From an uncultured Rickettsiales bacterium (GTDB lineage Bacteria > Pseudomonadota > Alphaproteobacteria > Rickettsiales > JABDBP01), in contig CAYVHI010000005.1 in NCBI GenBank assembly GCA_964450945.1, forward strand, positions 1-61,541: 61,541 bases of DNA, given 5' to 3'. Below the pieces are notes generated by a model. It had not been told where the DNA came from and searched no databases. It saw only the letters and a list, made by a program, of their open reading frames with translations. Shown one piece after another: positions 18,596 through 27,700 of this stretch (its first letter is position 1; each line of letters opens with the position of its first letter). Made by a program: the position numbers and the translations under genes.

Positions 18596-18898
18596 ATGGT
18601 TAATGTTGTTAAGCTGAGTAACCTTGATGGCTGCCCGGTAATTATTAAATTTCCGGCATGGCAAGTTCTGGAAGGAAAGCTGGAGATGAAAGTTGAACCA
18701 AGAATTCACGTTAGCTTTCCCAGCACCCATATTCTACCTAGAAAGTTGAGCATCAAGAACGTTACTCCGGACAGCACCAGTGAAATTCGTATCCTGATCG
18801 AAGATGGGTCAGGATCGCCTGAATACGGTTATGCTCGCGAGGTTTTTCTTAGCCCCGGCAAAGAGATCACCACGGAACATCCCGTGACGATCATGTGA
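18596..18898 (+). CDS. hypothetical protein (100 aa, beta-rich)
   Basis: GAAAGG RBS, open frame, strong terminator after the stop. Confidence 0.65.
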   Translation: MVNVVKLSNLDGCPVIIKFPAWQVLEGKLEMKVEPRIHVSFPSTHILPRKLSIKNVTPDSTSEIRILIEDGSGSPEYGYAREVFLSPGKEITTEHPVTIM

Positions 18899-18913
18899 TT
18901 GTGGTTTTGGTAT

Positions 18914-18949
18914 AGAGGTGGCGGAGAGAAATCTCCCCACCTCTTTTTT
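18914..18949 (+). terminator. rho-independent terminator between the orphan gene and convergent panC
   Basis: AGAGGTGG-C-GGAGA-GAAA-TCTCC-CCACCTCT followed by TTTTT. Confidence 0.8.
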
Positions 18950-18952
18950 ATT

Positions 18953-19786
18953 TTAAACTTCCATATTATCTATAAGCCTTGTTTTACCAAGGTGGGCGGC
19001 AACAAAAAGCCGCGCTGATTTATGGAATGATTTTAATTCTTCCAGCGTCTCTTCATTCCTAAGTTCAAGATAATCAAGCCTGAAACCTGCCTCTTTTATA
19101 TGTTTTCTTGCCCAGTCCAGCGCCTCATTTACTGGGTCACCCTGTTTTATCCTGGCGGCCGTTCCACGCAGCGTCTTATACAGTTCCGGAGCAATCTTTC
19201 TTTCCTCAGCACTCAAATATGCATTACGGGAAGACATGGCAAGGCCATCTTTTTCGCGCACGGTTTTCCCGCCGATTATTTTTACCGGAATCTTTAAATC
19301 CCTTGTCATTTTTTTTACTATGGCAAGTTGCTGCCAATCCTTCTCCCCGAATATAGCGATATCAGGTTTAACCACTGAAAGCAGCTTGTTAACTATGGTT
19401 GCAACTCCATCAAAATGCCCGGGGCGGAATGCTACGCACATTATTTTGTTCAATCCCTTTACTTCGATCTTTTTTGTATCACCTTTGGGGTACATATCAT
19501 CAACACTTGGCATGAAAAGAATATCCGCTTTTGCTTTCCCAAGCATCTCTCCATCCTTTTCTTCCTGCCGTGGGTAGCGCGAAAAATCTTCGTTCGGTCC
19601 AAACTGGGTCGGGTTTACAAAAATTGATACTATAACCACATCGCTTATTTTCTTTGCCTGCTTCACTAATGATATATGCCCCTCATGCAGAGCGCCCATG
19701 GTCGGCACAAACGTTATGGTTTTTCCTTCTTTCTTTAAAGTGGAAATGGCTTCTTTTAGTTTTTTTGTATCTTTTATAATTTTCAT
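18953..19786 (-). CDS. panC: pantoate--beta-alanine ligase
   Basis: VPTMGALHEGH, SIFVNPTQF, RPGHFDGV, FGEKDWQQ, DGLAMSSRN, TRLIDN. Confidence 0.97.
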   Translation of the reverse strand: MKIIKDTKKLKEAISTLKKEGKTITFVPTMGALHEGHISLVKQAKKISDVVIVSIFVNPTQFGPNEDFSRYPRQEEKDGEMLGKAKADILFMPSVDDMYPKGDTKKIEVKGLNKIMCVAFRPGHFDGVATIVNKLLSVVKPDIAIFGEKDWQQLAIVKKMTRDLKIPVKIIGGKTVREKDGLAMSSRNAYLSAEERKIAPELYKTLRGTAARIKQGDPVNEALDWARKHIKEAGFRLDYLELRNEETLEELKSFHKSARLFVAAHLGKTRLIDNMEV

Positions 19787-19817
19787 TATAATACACTTTT
19801 ACATATATATTTGACTA

Positions 19818-20942
19818 ATGAACAAGCCTATAAAAATCAATACTTCCGATATACGGGGAAAAGATTCCCTCGATGCATACCACAATCTTGTATCAGATAA
19901 AATCATTTCCCAAGATAAGGAGCAGGAAAAAGTAGCCACCCTGCTTAAAGACTTAAGCATAAAAATCGGCAAGAGCCAGAAGGGGCTTATCAAGAAAAGG
20001 TTGAAGAAACAGGGCGTTTACATATATGGCGATGTCGGGCGCGGCAAATCCATGCTTATGGATCTTTTTTATGCCACTTCACCCTTGAAGAAAAAGAAGC
20101 GGGTGCATTTCCATTCTTTCATGCTGAACGTGCATAAACGCATCCACGCTTTCCGCCAGAGCAGCAAGAAGAAAAAGAATTTTGATCCCATCCCCGTGGT
20201 TGCTGAGGAGATTGCCGATGAAAGCAGGCTGCTTTGTTTTGATGAGTTTCAAGTAAACGATATTACCGATGCGATGATACTTTCCCGGCTTTTTGGTGAG
20301 CTTTTTGAGCATGGGGTTATTGTGGTTGCTACTTCAAACGTAAAGCCCGAAAGGCTTTACCAGCATGGCCTCCAGCGCGACCAGTTTCTGCCATTTATTG
20401 ACCTTCTAAAGCATAAGATTGATATTGTTTCGCTTGATTCACCGGTTGATTACCGTTTGCAAAAACTAAAATCTGTACAGAATTTATATTTTTCACCACT
20501 CGGTGAGGAAGCGAATAATTTCCTTGATAAGATATTTGCCGATCTTACCAATAACGCCATGCCACAGGAGGTAGTCCTGGATGTGGATGGCAGGAAGCTG
20601 GTTATCGAAGAGGCATACGGTGATGTTGCGCGTGTAACATTCAAGGAACTTTGCGAAAAACCACTGGGTGCCGCTGATTATATTGAACTGGCGCGTGAGT
20701 TCACCACAATATTACTGGCTGATATTCCAAAACTTAGCAAAGAAAAGCGTAATGAGGCAAAAAGGTTCGTAACGCTTATAGATGAGCTTTATGAACATAA
20801 GGTAAACCTGATCTGCACTGCTGAGGTTCCGCCAGAAGAGCTTTACAAAAAAGGGGATGGCACATTTGAATTCGCCCGTACCGTCTCCCGCCTGCATGAA
20901 ATGCAGTCAGAGGCTTATATCAAGAGCGGCCACATTGGCTAA
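19818..20942 (+). CDS. zapE: AFG1/ZapE-family ATPase
   Basis: GDVGRGKS Walker A, CFDEFQV, ATSN, RFVTLIDELYE, FARTVSRLHEM. Confidence 0.93.
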   Translation: MNKPIKINTSDIRGKDSLDAYHNLVSDKIISQDKEQEKVATLLKDLSIKIGKSQKGLIKKRLKKQGVYIYGDVGRGKSMLMDLFYATSPLKKKKRVHFHSFMLNVHKRIHAFRQSSKKKKNFDPIPVVAEEIADESRLLCFDEFQVNDITDAMILSRLFGELFEHGVIVVATSNVKPERLYQHGLQRDQFLPFIDLLKHKIDIVSLDSPVDYRLQKLKSVQNLYFSPLGEEANNFLDKIFADLTNNAMPQEVVLDVDGRKLVIEEAYGDVARVTFKELCEKPLGAADYIELAREFTTILLADIPKLSKEKRNEAKRFVTLIDELYEHKVNLICTAEVPPEELYKKGDGTFEFARTVSRLHEMQSEAYIKSGHIG

Positions 20943-20948
20943 ACCATC

Positions 20949-20977
20949 CTTGACGAAAGCAGTTGCCCAGCCTATTT
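20949..20977 (+). promoter_or_regulatory. possible RpoH-like promoter for ispH (near-leaderless)
   Basis: CTTGAC-N16-CCTATTT ending 7 nt before the ATG; no obvious RBS. Confidence 0.3.
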
Positions 20978-20984
20978 TACAGCC

Positions 20985-21932
20985 ATGAAAAATCTAAAAA
21001 TAATACTTGCCCAACCACGTGGATTCTGTGCCGGTGTTGATAGAGCGATAGAGATAGTAGAGCGTGCATTGAAGATATATGGCGCGCCGGTCTATGTACG
21101 CCATGAGATTGTGCATAACAAATATGTGGTTGATGATCTCCGCAACAAGGGAGCAGTATTCGTTAATGAAGTAAGCGAGATCCCGGATGGCGGCATAACA
21201 ATATTCAGCGCGCATGGGATATCGGAAAAAGTTGAGAACTCTGCAAAACTTCGTGATCTTCCGGTCATAGATGCAACCTGCCCGCTGGTTACAAAAGTAC
21301 ATAGAGAGGCGCAAGCCTATGAAGCGGAAGGCCGCCAGATAATCCTTATAGGCCATGAAGGCCACCCGGAGGTGGAGGGAACATCAGGGCGGGTAAAAAA
21401 CGGGGTGATTCTTGTGCAAAACAAATCTGATGTAGAAAAACTAGAAGTAAAAGACCCGCAAAAACTTGCTTATGTTACCCAAACAACTTTAAGCGTTGAT
21501 GATACGCGCGAAATAATAGAGGCGCTTAAAAATAAGTTCCCGAATATTGCAGGTCCTGCCCTACGCGATATATGTTATGCCACCCAGAATCGCCAGAATG
21601 CGGTGAGAAAACTGGCAGGAATAGTAGATTTATTATTGGTTATAGGCTCCAAAAACAGCAGCAATTCGAATAGGCTGCGTGATCTGGGGGCAGAAATCGG
21701 CACCACCTCATATCTTATCAATAATGAGAAAGATATTAAAGATCAGTGGCTTGAGAATGTATCAAAAATAGGCATAACTGCCGGCGCATCAGCCCCCGAG
21801 ATACTTGTTGATAACGTTATTAATTACCTGAAAACAAAGAGAAATATTTGTATAGAGAACCTGGATGGCATAATAGAAAAAACTAAATTCAGGCTCCCTG
21901 ATGAAGTTTCTGATGATAAATTAGTAGCTTAA
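20985..21932 (+). CDS. ispH: 4-hydroxy-3-methylbut-2-enyl diphosphate reductase
   Basis: [49 protein letters not shown]. Confidence 0.98.
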   Translation: MKNLKIILAQPRGFCAGVDRAIEIVERALKIYGAPVYVRHEIVHNKYVVDDLRNKGAVFVNEVSEIPDGGITIFSAHGISEKVENSAKLRDLPVIDATCPLVTKVHREAQAYEAEGRQIILIGHEGHPEVEGTSGRVKNGVILVQNKSDVEKLEVKDPQKLAYVTQTTLSVDDTREIIEALKNKFPNIAGPALRDICYATQNRQNAVRKLAGIVDLLLVIGSKNSSNSNRLRDLGAEIGTTSYLINNEKDIKDQWLENVSKIGITAGASAPEILVDNVINYLKTKRNICIENLDGIIEKTKFRLPDEVSDDKLVA

Positions 21933-21944
21933 TAATTCTTTAAC
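21929..21944 (+). promoter_or_regulatory. CtrA-type binding site upstream of the orphan gene cluster
   Basis: TTAA-TAATTCT-TTAAC, with a -10-like TGTATAAC 9 nt after the last TTAA. Confidence 0.55.
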
Positions 21945-21992
21945 AATTCTGGTGTATAACCTTATCTAATATAATTTATTTATGGAGCATTT

Positions 21993-22292
21993 ATGGTAAG
22001 GCGTTTTAATGATAAAGAAGCAGAAACAAGAGCCGCTTTCGAAAGGCTTGGGATGGAATATCCTCAAGATAAAAAAGGCAGCCCAGGTAAAGTTGAAGAA
22101 GGTTTAGGACATAAAATTGTTGGCGCGTTCTGTAATCGCACTGTTGGTTTTGGTTTGTTAGGGCTTGTCACGGGAATGATTATTAAATCAGTTACAGGAA
22201 CTGACCTTCCTATTGAATATGTAATATCTCTTGCTGGTGCCGGAACTGGTTTTTGGATGACAAAAGAAGCAGAAAGTAGAGGATTAAAATAA
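21993..22292 (+). CDS. hypothetical membrane protein (2 TM)
   Basis: GGAG RBS; two Gly-rich hydrophobic helices; basic tail. Confidence 0.7.
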   Translation: MVRRFNDKEAETRAAFERLGMEYPQDKKGSPGKVEEGLGHKIVGAFCNRTVGFGLLGLVTGMIIKSVTGTDLPIEYVISLAGAGTGFWMTKEAESRGLK

Positions 22293-22295
22293 AGA

Positions 22296-22607
22296 ATGTC
22301 TTCTGATAATACATTAAAACAGGCGGATAAATCTTCATTACTGGTCGTTTTGTCACGCGGCAGAACGGCGGAAGGAAAAGATTTTTATGCTTACCTTGGT
22401 ATATTGCCAAGCAATTATGAAAAATTCAGGAAAGCGGAAACAGAAGGTAATTTTTCTTTGGAAGATTACGGTACTATAATATACTGGGATTATGCCAAGG
22501 AGCCTCCGAAAGAGATAATGAAGATGATGGAAAAAAAATATGGGATAAACCATAATTTTGAAAATGACATCAAGAAGAAACTAGAAGAAATTATTGAAGA
22601 TAACTAA
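22296..22607 (+). CDS. hypothetical protein
   Basis: Globular-looking 103 aa (FYAYLGI...LEDYGTII...EPP); 3 nt after the previous gene. Confidence 0.75.
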   Translation: MSSDNTLKQADKSSLLVVLSRGRTAEGKDFYAYLGILPSNYEKFRKAETEGNFSLEDYGTIIYWDYAKEPPKEIMKMMEKKYGINHNFENDIKKKLEEIIEDN

Positions 22608-22623
22608 ACAATAAAGGTGATTT

Positions 22624-23019
22624 ATGGGTTTGTGGAGTACATTAAAAAGCCTGGCAGGCATAGAAGAAAAAAAGGAAGTTGATTATGCGGCGCTTAGAGT
22701 TGCTATAGATGCGCGCGACAGGGATGCAATGCATACCGCTCTAAACGGAAACCCGTGGGAGAACGTTTATCAAGATATGATGGGCGGAAAAATAAAAGGC
22801 TTCAAGCATTCAGATGCAAATACTCTTTACCAAGGCCTGTCTGGAGCACAAATGCCGGCTAAACCTGCTGATCATGAACGCCAGCAAATTTCTGGTGATG
22901 GTATTAACGCTGATATTAAACAAAAACTCGCAGAGGAAGCTGCAAGGAAACGGCAAGAAATTCTAGGCGCTGGTCCCGGCGGTACACGCACAGGAATTTC
23001 GAGAGACGGTAAAAAATAA
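22624..23019 (+). CDS. hypothetical protein
   Basis: AAGGTG RBS; amphipathic N-terminus MGLWSTLKSLAG; basic C-terminus. Confidence 0.7.
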   Translation: MGLWSTLKSLAGIEEKKEVDYAALRVAIDARDRDAMHTALNGNPWENVYQDMMGGKIKGFKHSDANTLYQGLSGAQMPAKPADHERQQISGDGINADIKQKLAEEAARKRQEILGAGPGGTRTGISRDGKK

Positions 23020-23085
23020 TCTTTATTGCTATATTTTCTCTAATCCGCTAAAAGAATTTCCTTTTTAAAAATCTTATATAAAATA

Positions 23086-23357
23086 AGACCCTATAGATAC
23101 ATAATTTATGCTTTTGTTGTTGGAAAAAATGAAGAAATACAAGAAGCAGGGCGCAGAGCTATGCGGCTCCATAGATCAAGCCATGCGCCGCTGTAGTTCT
23201 TCATTTTTTCCACAATCCGCAGGACCACGGCAATTTTTACTGCCTGCGGCGTTATGTCACTTATTTGATGGAGCCACATCAAATTTCATGCCATGCCTTG
23301 CAGGACTGGTAAAAATTGCCAGTGGCAAAATTCATGAATTATGTATCTATAGGGTCT
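23086..23357. mobile_element. 272-bp MITE-like palindromic element with two internal hairpin arms
   Basis: 25-bp TIR AGACCCTATAGATACATAATTTATG / CATGAATTATGTATCTATAGGGTCT (1 mismatch); arms at 23121-23212 and 23229-23320. Confidence 0.8.
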
Positions 23358-23361
23358 AACG

Positions 23362-24591
23362 ATGGGAAAAATTTCTCCGTTTGCACCTAAATCATTTCCT
23401 AAACTCCCTGAGATAGAAGGCGTTCGCTTGGGCGCAACCAATTGCGGCATAAGATATAAACGCAGGTATGACCTGATGTTTGCAGAATTCGCCAAAGGCA
23501 CAACTGTTGCCGGTGTATTCACCAAATCTTCCATGCCTGGTATTCCGGTTGAGTGGTGTAAATCAATTTTGAAATACGGCTCTGCACGGGCGTTGGTGGT
23601 TAATTCCGGTATATCAAACGTATTCACCGGAAGTGTCGGCGAGAAAACCGTTGAGCGCACGGTGAAGATGGCGGCAAAACTTGTCGGCTGTAAAGAAAAG
23701 GAAGTTTATGTTTCTTCCACCGGCATCATCGGCGTTCCTATAAATGATGAATTACTTGTCGGCTCGTTACCTGAGCTTCATTCAGAACTACAGCCGGATG
23801 ACTGGCATGATTGTGCTTCAGCAATACTTACTACCGATACATATGCGAAAGCGGTCACCAGAAGCGCCATGATAGGCGATACAAAAGTTCATATAAACGG
23901 TATTGCCAAAGGCTCAGGTATGATTGCGCCTGATATGGCGACCATGCTGGTTTATATTTTTACCGATGCGGCTATTCCCGCACCAATACTCCAGAAACTT
24001 TTAAGTGATGCCACACTCACTACATTCAACTGCATCACTGTTGATAGTGATACTTCAACAAGCGATACCGTTCTTCTGTTTGCCACCGGCCGGGCAAAGA
24101 ATAAAAGAATAAAAAGTGTAAAAGATCCAATAGTACGCAAATTCAAAAAGAGACTTACAGAGGTAATGCGGGAACTTGCGCATGAAGTTGTTAAGGATGG
24201 TGAAGGCGCAAAAAGATTCATAACTATAAACGTGCGCGGGGCAAAATCGTTTAAGTCGGCAAGGCGGATTGGTCTTTCTGTTGCCAATTCACCTCTTGTC
24301 AAAACTGCGCTTGCAGCAGGCGACGCCAATTGGGGAAGGATTGTTGCGGCGGTGGGAAAATCCGGTGAGAAAGCAAACCGAGATAGGATGTCTATATGGA
24401 TTGGTGATGCACTGGTTGCAACCCACGGCGGGCAACACCCAAAATATAATGAGAAAGCTACGACCAAATATATGAAAGGCCGCGAGGTGGAGATCACCAT
24501 TGATGTTGGTGTCGGCAAATCAAAAGCCACCGTGTGGACGTGCGATCTCACCCACGAATATATTTCCATAAACGCCGATTATAGATCATAA
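23362..24591 (+). CDS. argJ: bifunctional glutamate N-acetyltransferase / amino-acid acetyltransferase
   Basis: SSTGIIG, ILTTDT, AKGSGMIAPDMATML (autocleavage site), DTSTSD, DGEGA, DANWGRI, INADYRS. Confidence 0.97.
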   Translation: MGKISPFAPKSFPKLPEIEGVRLGATNCGIRYKRRYDLMFAEFAKGTTVAGVFTKSSMPGIPVEWCKSILKYGSARALVVNSGISNVFTGSVGEKTVERTVKMAAKLVGCKEKEVYVSSTGIIGVPINDELLVGSLPELHSELQPDDWHDCASAILTTDTYAKAVTRSAMIGDTKVHINGIAKGSGMIAPDMATMLVYIFTDAAIPAPILQKLLSDATLTTFNCITVDSDTSTSDTVLLFATGRAKNKRIKSVKDPIVRKFKKRLTEVMRELAHEVVKDGEGAKRFITINVRGAKSFKSARRIGLSVANSPLVKTALAAGDANWGRIVAAVGKSGEKANRDRMSIWIGDALVATHGGQHPKYNEKATTKYMKGREVEITIDVGVGKSKATVWTCDLTHEYISINADYRS

Positions 24592-24631
24592 AGCGAGCAG
24601 GAGGCGAGCCAGCCATGAGCATGCGAAGCAC

Positions 24632-24666
24632 GTACCATGGAAAAGTTAGAAAACTTTTCTGGGTAC
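24632..24666. repeat. intergenic hairpin flanked by GCGA(A)GC and CCGAAGG mini-hairpins
   Basis: GTACC..GAAAAGTT-AGAA-AACTTTTC..GGTAC. Confidence 0.45.
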
Positions 24667-24685
24667 ATACCGAAGGGTACAAACA

Positions 24686-25090
24686 ATGAACCTTATCCAA
24701 GTATCAGCAGCCGTTATGATTGATGAGGATGGCAGGATACTTCTAGGCAAAAGGCCGGAGGGAACATTCATGGCCGGCTACTGGGAATTCCCCGGAGGCA
24801 AGATTGAACCTGATGAAACTCCAGAAGGTGCGCTGCAAAGAGAGATAGAGGAAGAGCTTGGTGTAGAGCTTGGCTGCTTCTGGCCATTTACATTCCTTTC
24901 CGAGACCAGAGAAGAACACCACGTTGTTGTACTTGTATTCATCTGCCGTGAATGGGAAGGTATAATAAAAGCGAAAAATCACCAGGAGCTGAAGTGGGTG
25001 CGTGTTAATGAGCTTGATAAAGTTGAAAATATGCTGCCTTCAAACAAACCTTTAATCACAGCGCTGCGTGATTATCTTTCCCCTAAATAA
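24686..25090 (+). CDS. mutT: 8-oxo-dGTP diphosphatase (NUDIX)
   Basis: WEFPGGKIEPDETPEGALQREIEEELG Nudix box; argJ-mutT synteny. Confidence 0.9.
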   Translation: MNLIQVSAAVMIDEDGRILLGKRPEGTFMAGYWEFPGGKIEPDETPEGALQREIEEELGVELGCFWPFTFLSETREEHHVVVLVFICREWEGIIKAKNHQELKWVRVNELDKVENMLPSNKPLITALRDYLSPK

Positions 25091-27700
25091 TTTATGTACT
25101 TCGGAAATTGCCAGCACTACAAGTGATAATACAATCAATATTCCCCATTCTTTAAGCGAAACTGGTTTTATTTTGAGCACATCCTGGAATATCGGAATAT
25201 ACATGGCAACCATGTGTAATCCTTGTGCAGTTATCATCCCTATAATTAAAAGCATATTAGTAAAAAAACGCTGGCGGAAAATTGATTTTGTTTCTGAACG
25301 GCTATTTAAAACCTGTATATTTTCAAAAATTACCATCACAAGTAGAACACCATTTCTTGAAGCCTCAACACTATAACCATGCCTCAACATCCAGTTAAAA
25401 ATTAAGAAGGAAATTATAGACATAAAAATAGCTGAGATAGCTATACGTTCAATCATCAACCTGTTAAAAATTGGTTCTTTGGGCGGGCGTGGTTTTTGCT
25501 TCAGTTCATCACCTTCTCTCGGTTCAAATGCCAGCGCAACATCCTGCACACCATTTGTAATAAGATTTAACCATAGAAGTTGTACGGCAAGAAGTGGCAT
25601 TGGTAACCCGGCAAAAAGTGCAAGCAGGAAAAGTAATACTTCAGAAACACCGGTAGACATAACCATGAAAACAACTTTCCTTATGTTGTTATAGACAATC
25701 CTGCCCTTTTCAATGCCGTGTACTATAGATGCAAAATTATCATCAGTAAGTATTATATCTGCCGTTTCACGCGCCACATCAGTACCGTGTTTTCCCATTG
25801 CCACACCTACGTGTGCAGCTTGTAAGGCGGGCGCATCATTAATACCATCACCCGTAACTGCAACAAAATGACCAAGCCTGATAAGTGATTTTATTATCTG
25901 CTCCTTCTGGCCAGGGGAAATACGGGCAAACACCCTTGTATTTTTTATTAACTCATCAAAATCTCTTTCCGTTCTTATTTCACTTAAGATTTTTCCTGTT
26001 ATCACCTGGCCTTTATTCTTGCATAATCCTAGTTCACGGGCGATTGCAAATGCAGTTGCCGGGTGATCTCCGGTAATCATGGCTACTTCAATCCCTGCAT
26101 TGTAACACTGCTCAACTGCTGCTTTTGCTTCCGGGCGTAACGGGTCTATCATTCCAACCATACCAAGAAATCTAAGCCCTTTAAGATGTGCTTCCGAAAA
26201 ATCTTCATCAGGAATTCTTTCTAAAGTTCCTGAGGCAAGGCCAAGAACCCGATAACCTTCGCTAGCCAGCTTATCTGCTTGCCGCAGAATTTCTTCCTTA
26301 TCAATATTACTGCACATCCCCTGTAGTTTTTCAACGCTACCTTTTACATAAATATTAGGAATTCCATCTTTTATATTAATAGATGCAGAGAATCCATTCT
26401 CCGGCTCATAAGGAATATCATCATGTTGCGGGTGCATTTTCTTTTCTTCCTCCAGCACCAATCCATATTTCTTTGCCAATACAAGAAAAGCTACATCCAC
26501 CATATCACCAGTGTGTTTCCATTCACCATCTTGAAAATGAAGCGCTGCTTCGTTGGCAAGAAAGCCTGCATGACAAAGCTCTTCAAGTTCTTCCTTATCA
26601 TGTCCGGTAAGTGATGTTATATTTCCATTAACTTCCATCCCCTCCCCTTCCACCTCAAATTTTTTTCCATCAGGAAGGATTATTTTTTTTGCTGTCAGCT
26701 TATTTATAGTAAGCGTTCCAGTTTTATCAGAAGCAATAAAGGTACATGAGCCAAGCGTTTCCACAGAAACTAGCTTACGTATAATAACGCCAACCTTTGC
26801 AATCCTTTGCATACCTATGGCAAGCGCTACGGTTATGGCAACCGGCAGCCCTTTCGGTATGGCCGATACTGCAAGTGCTACAGCTATGGCAAATATCTCT
26901 GTTGAGAATCCTTTCTTTATTATTTCAAAAACAAAAATAAATAAAATAATCGCAAGGGTCATAAATGTAATACGAAGGCTTAATTTCTCAACCCTTTGCA
27001 CTAAAGGCGGCTGTACTTCTTCTGTATCAGCAACAGATATTGCTATACTGCCAATTTCCATTTTATTGCCAGTGGCAACTACCATTCCAGTAGCACGACC
27101 GTGAGTGGCGATAGTTCCGGCAAAGAGCATATTTAACCGGTCACCAATAGTGGCTGACTCTGATATCATAGCTTCTGAATCTTTTGCTATTGCAACTGAT
27201 TCACCCGTAAGCATTGATTCATCAACTGTAAGGCCATTAGATGATATTAATCTTATGTCAGCTGGAATTTTATCTCCGCTGGTAATTACTACTATATCCC
27301 CCTGAACAAGATTTGCTGCCGGAATGGTGATAGCTCTCCCGTTCCTAAGTACCATTGTATTTCTAGGAATGATTTTTTTTAGTGCTAGAGCAGATTTCTG
27401 AGCTGAATACTCTTGTATGGCACCAATTACAGAATTTATAAACAACACAATAAAAATAAAAAATGCATCTCTGTAGTCTTTTAGAAAAATTGAAACAACT
27501 GATGCCGCAAGAGGAACATATATAAGAGGACTTAGAAACTGGCTCAGGAAAATAATTAATATTCCAGGTAACTTTTTTTCCGGCAGAATATTATGGCCGC
27601 ATTGCTTTAATCGTTTTTCTGCTTCAGATGATGAAATTCCAGTCGCCTGCGTTGCAAGTTCCGTAAAAATTTCTTCTTTACTTAAACTATGCCAGTTCAT
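25052..27700 (-). CDS. P2-type cation-transporting ATPase (Ca2+-ATPase-like) with an altered M4 motif
   Basis: LTGES, SDKTGTLT, MITGDH, TGDGINDAPAL, QLLWLNL; PEGL reads PKGL. Confidence 0.9.
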   Translation of the reverse strand: MNWHSLSKEEIFTELATQATGISSSEAEKRLKQCGHNILPEKKLPGILIIFLSQFLSPLIYVPLAASVVSIFLKDYRDAFFIFIVLFINSVIGAIQEYSAQKSALALKKIIPRNTMVLRNGRAITIPAANLVQGDIVVITSGDKIPADIRLISSNGLTVDESMLTGESVAIAKDSEAMISESATIGDRLNMLFAGTIATHGRATGMVVATGNKMEIGSIAISVADTEEVQPPLVQRVEKLSLRITFMTLAIILFIFVFEIIKKGFSTEIFAIAVALAVSAIPKGLPVAITVALAIGMQRIAKVGVIIRKLVSVETLGSCTFIASDKTGTLTINKLTAKKIILPDGKKFEVEGEGMEVNGNITSLTGHDKEELEELCHAGFLANEAALHFQDGEWKHTGDMVDVAFLVLAKKYGLVLEEEKKMHPQHDDIPYEPENGFSASINIKDGIPNIYVKGSVEKLQGMCSNIDKEEILRQADKLASEGYRVLGLASGTLERIPDEDFSEAHLKGLRFLGMVGMIDPLRPEAKAAVEQCYNAGIEVAMITGDHPATAFAIARELGLCKNKGQVITGKILSEIRTERDFDELIKNTRVFARISPGQKEQIIKSLIRLGHFVAVTGDGINDAPALQAAHVGVAMGKHGTDVARETADIILTDDNFASIVHGIEKGRIVYNNIRKVVFMVMSTGVSEVLLFLLALFAGLPMPLLAVQLLWLNLITNGVQDVALAFEPREGDELKQKPRPPKEPIFNRLMIERIAISAIFMSIISFLIFNWMLRHGYSVEASRNGVLLVMVIFENIQVLNSRSETKSIFRQRFFTNMLLIIGMITAQGLHMVAMYIPIFQDVLKIKPVSLKEWGILIVLSLVVLAISEVHKLFRGKIITQRCD

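Noticed and set aside
19425-19445. PanC MCVAFRPGHF in place of the usual CG..RPGHF
   Set aside because: A single substitution, possibly a base-call error; all catalytic motifs are intact.
23108-23359. 83-aa ORF as a stand-alone protein gene
   Set aside because: It lies wholly within the 272-bp palindromic element, with no RBS or protein motif; mentioned only as a possible coupling frame.
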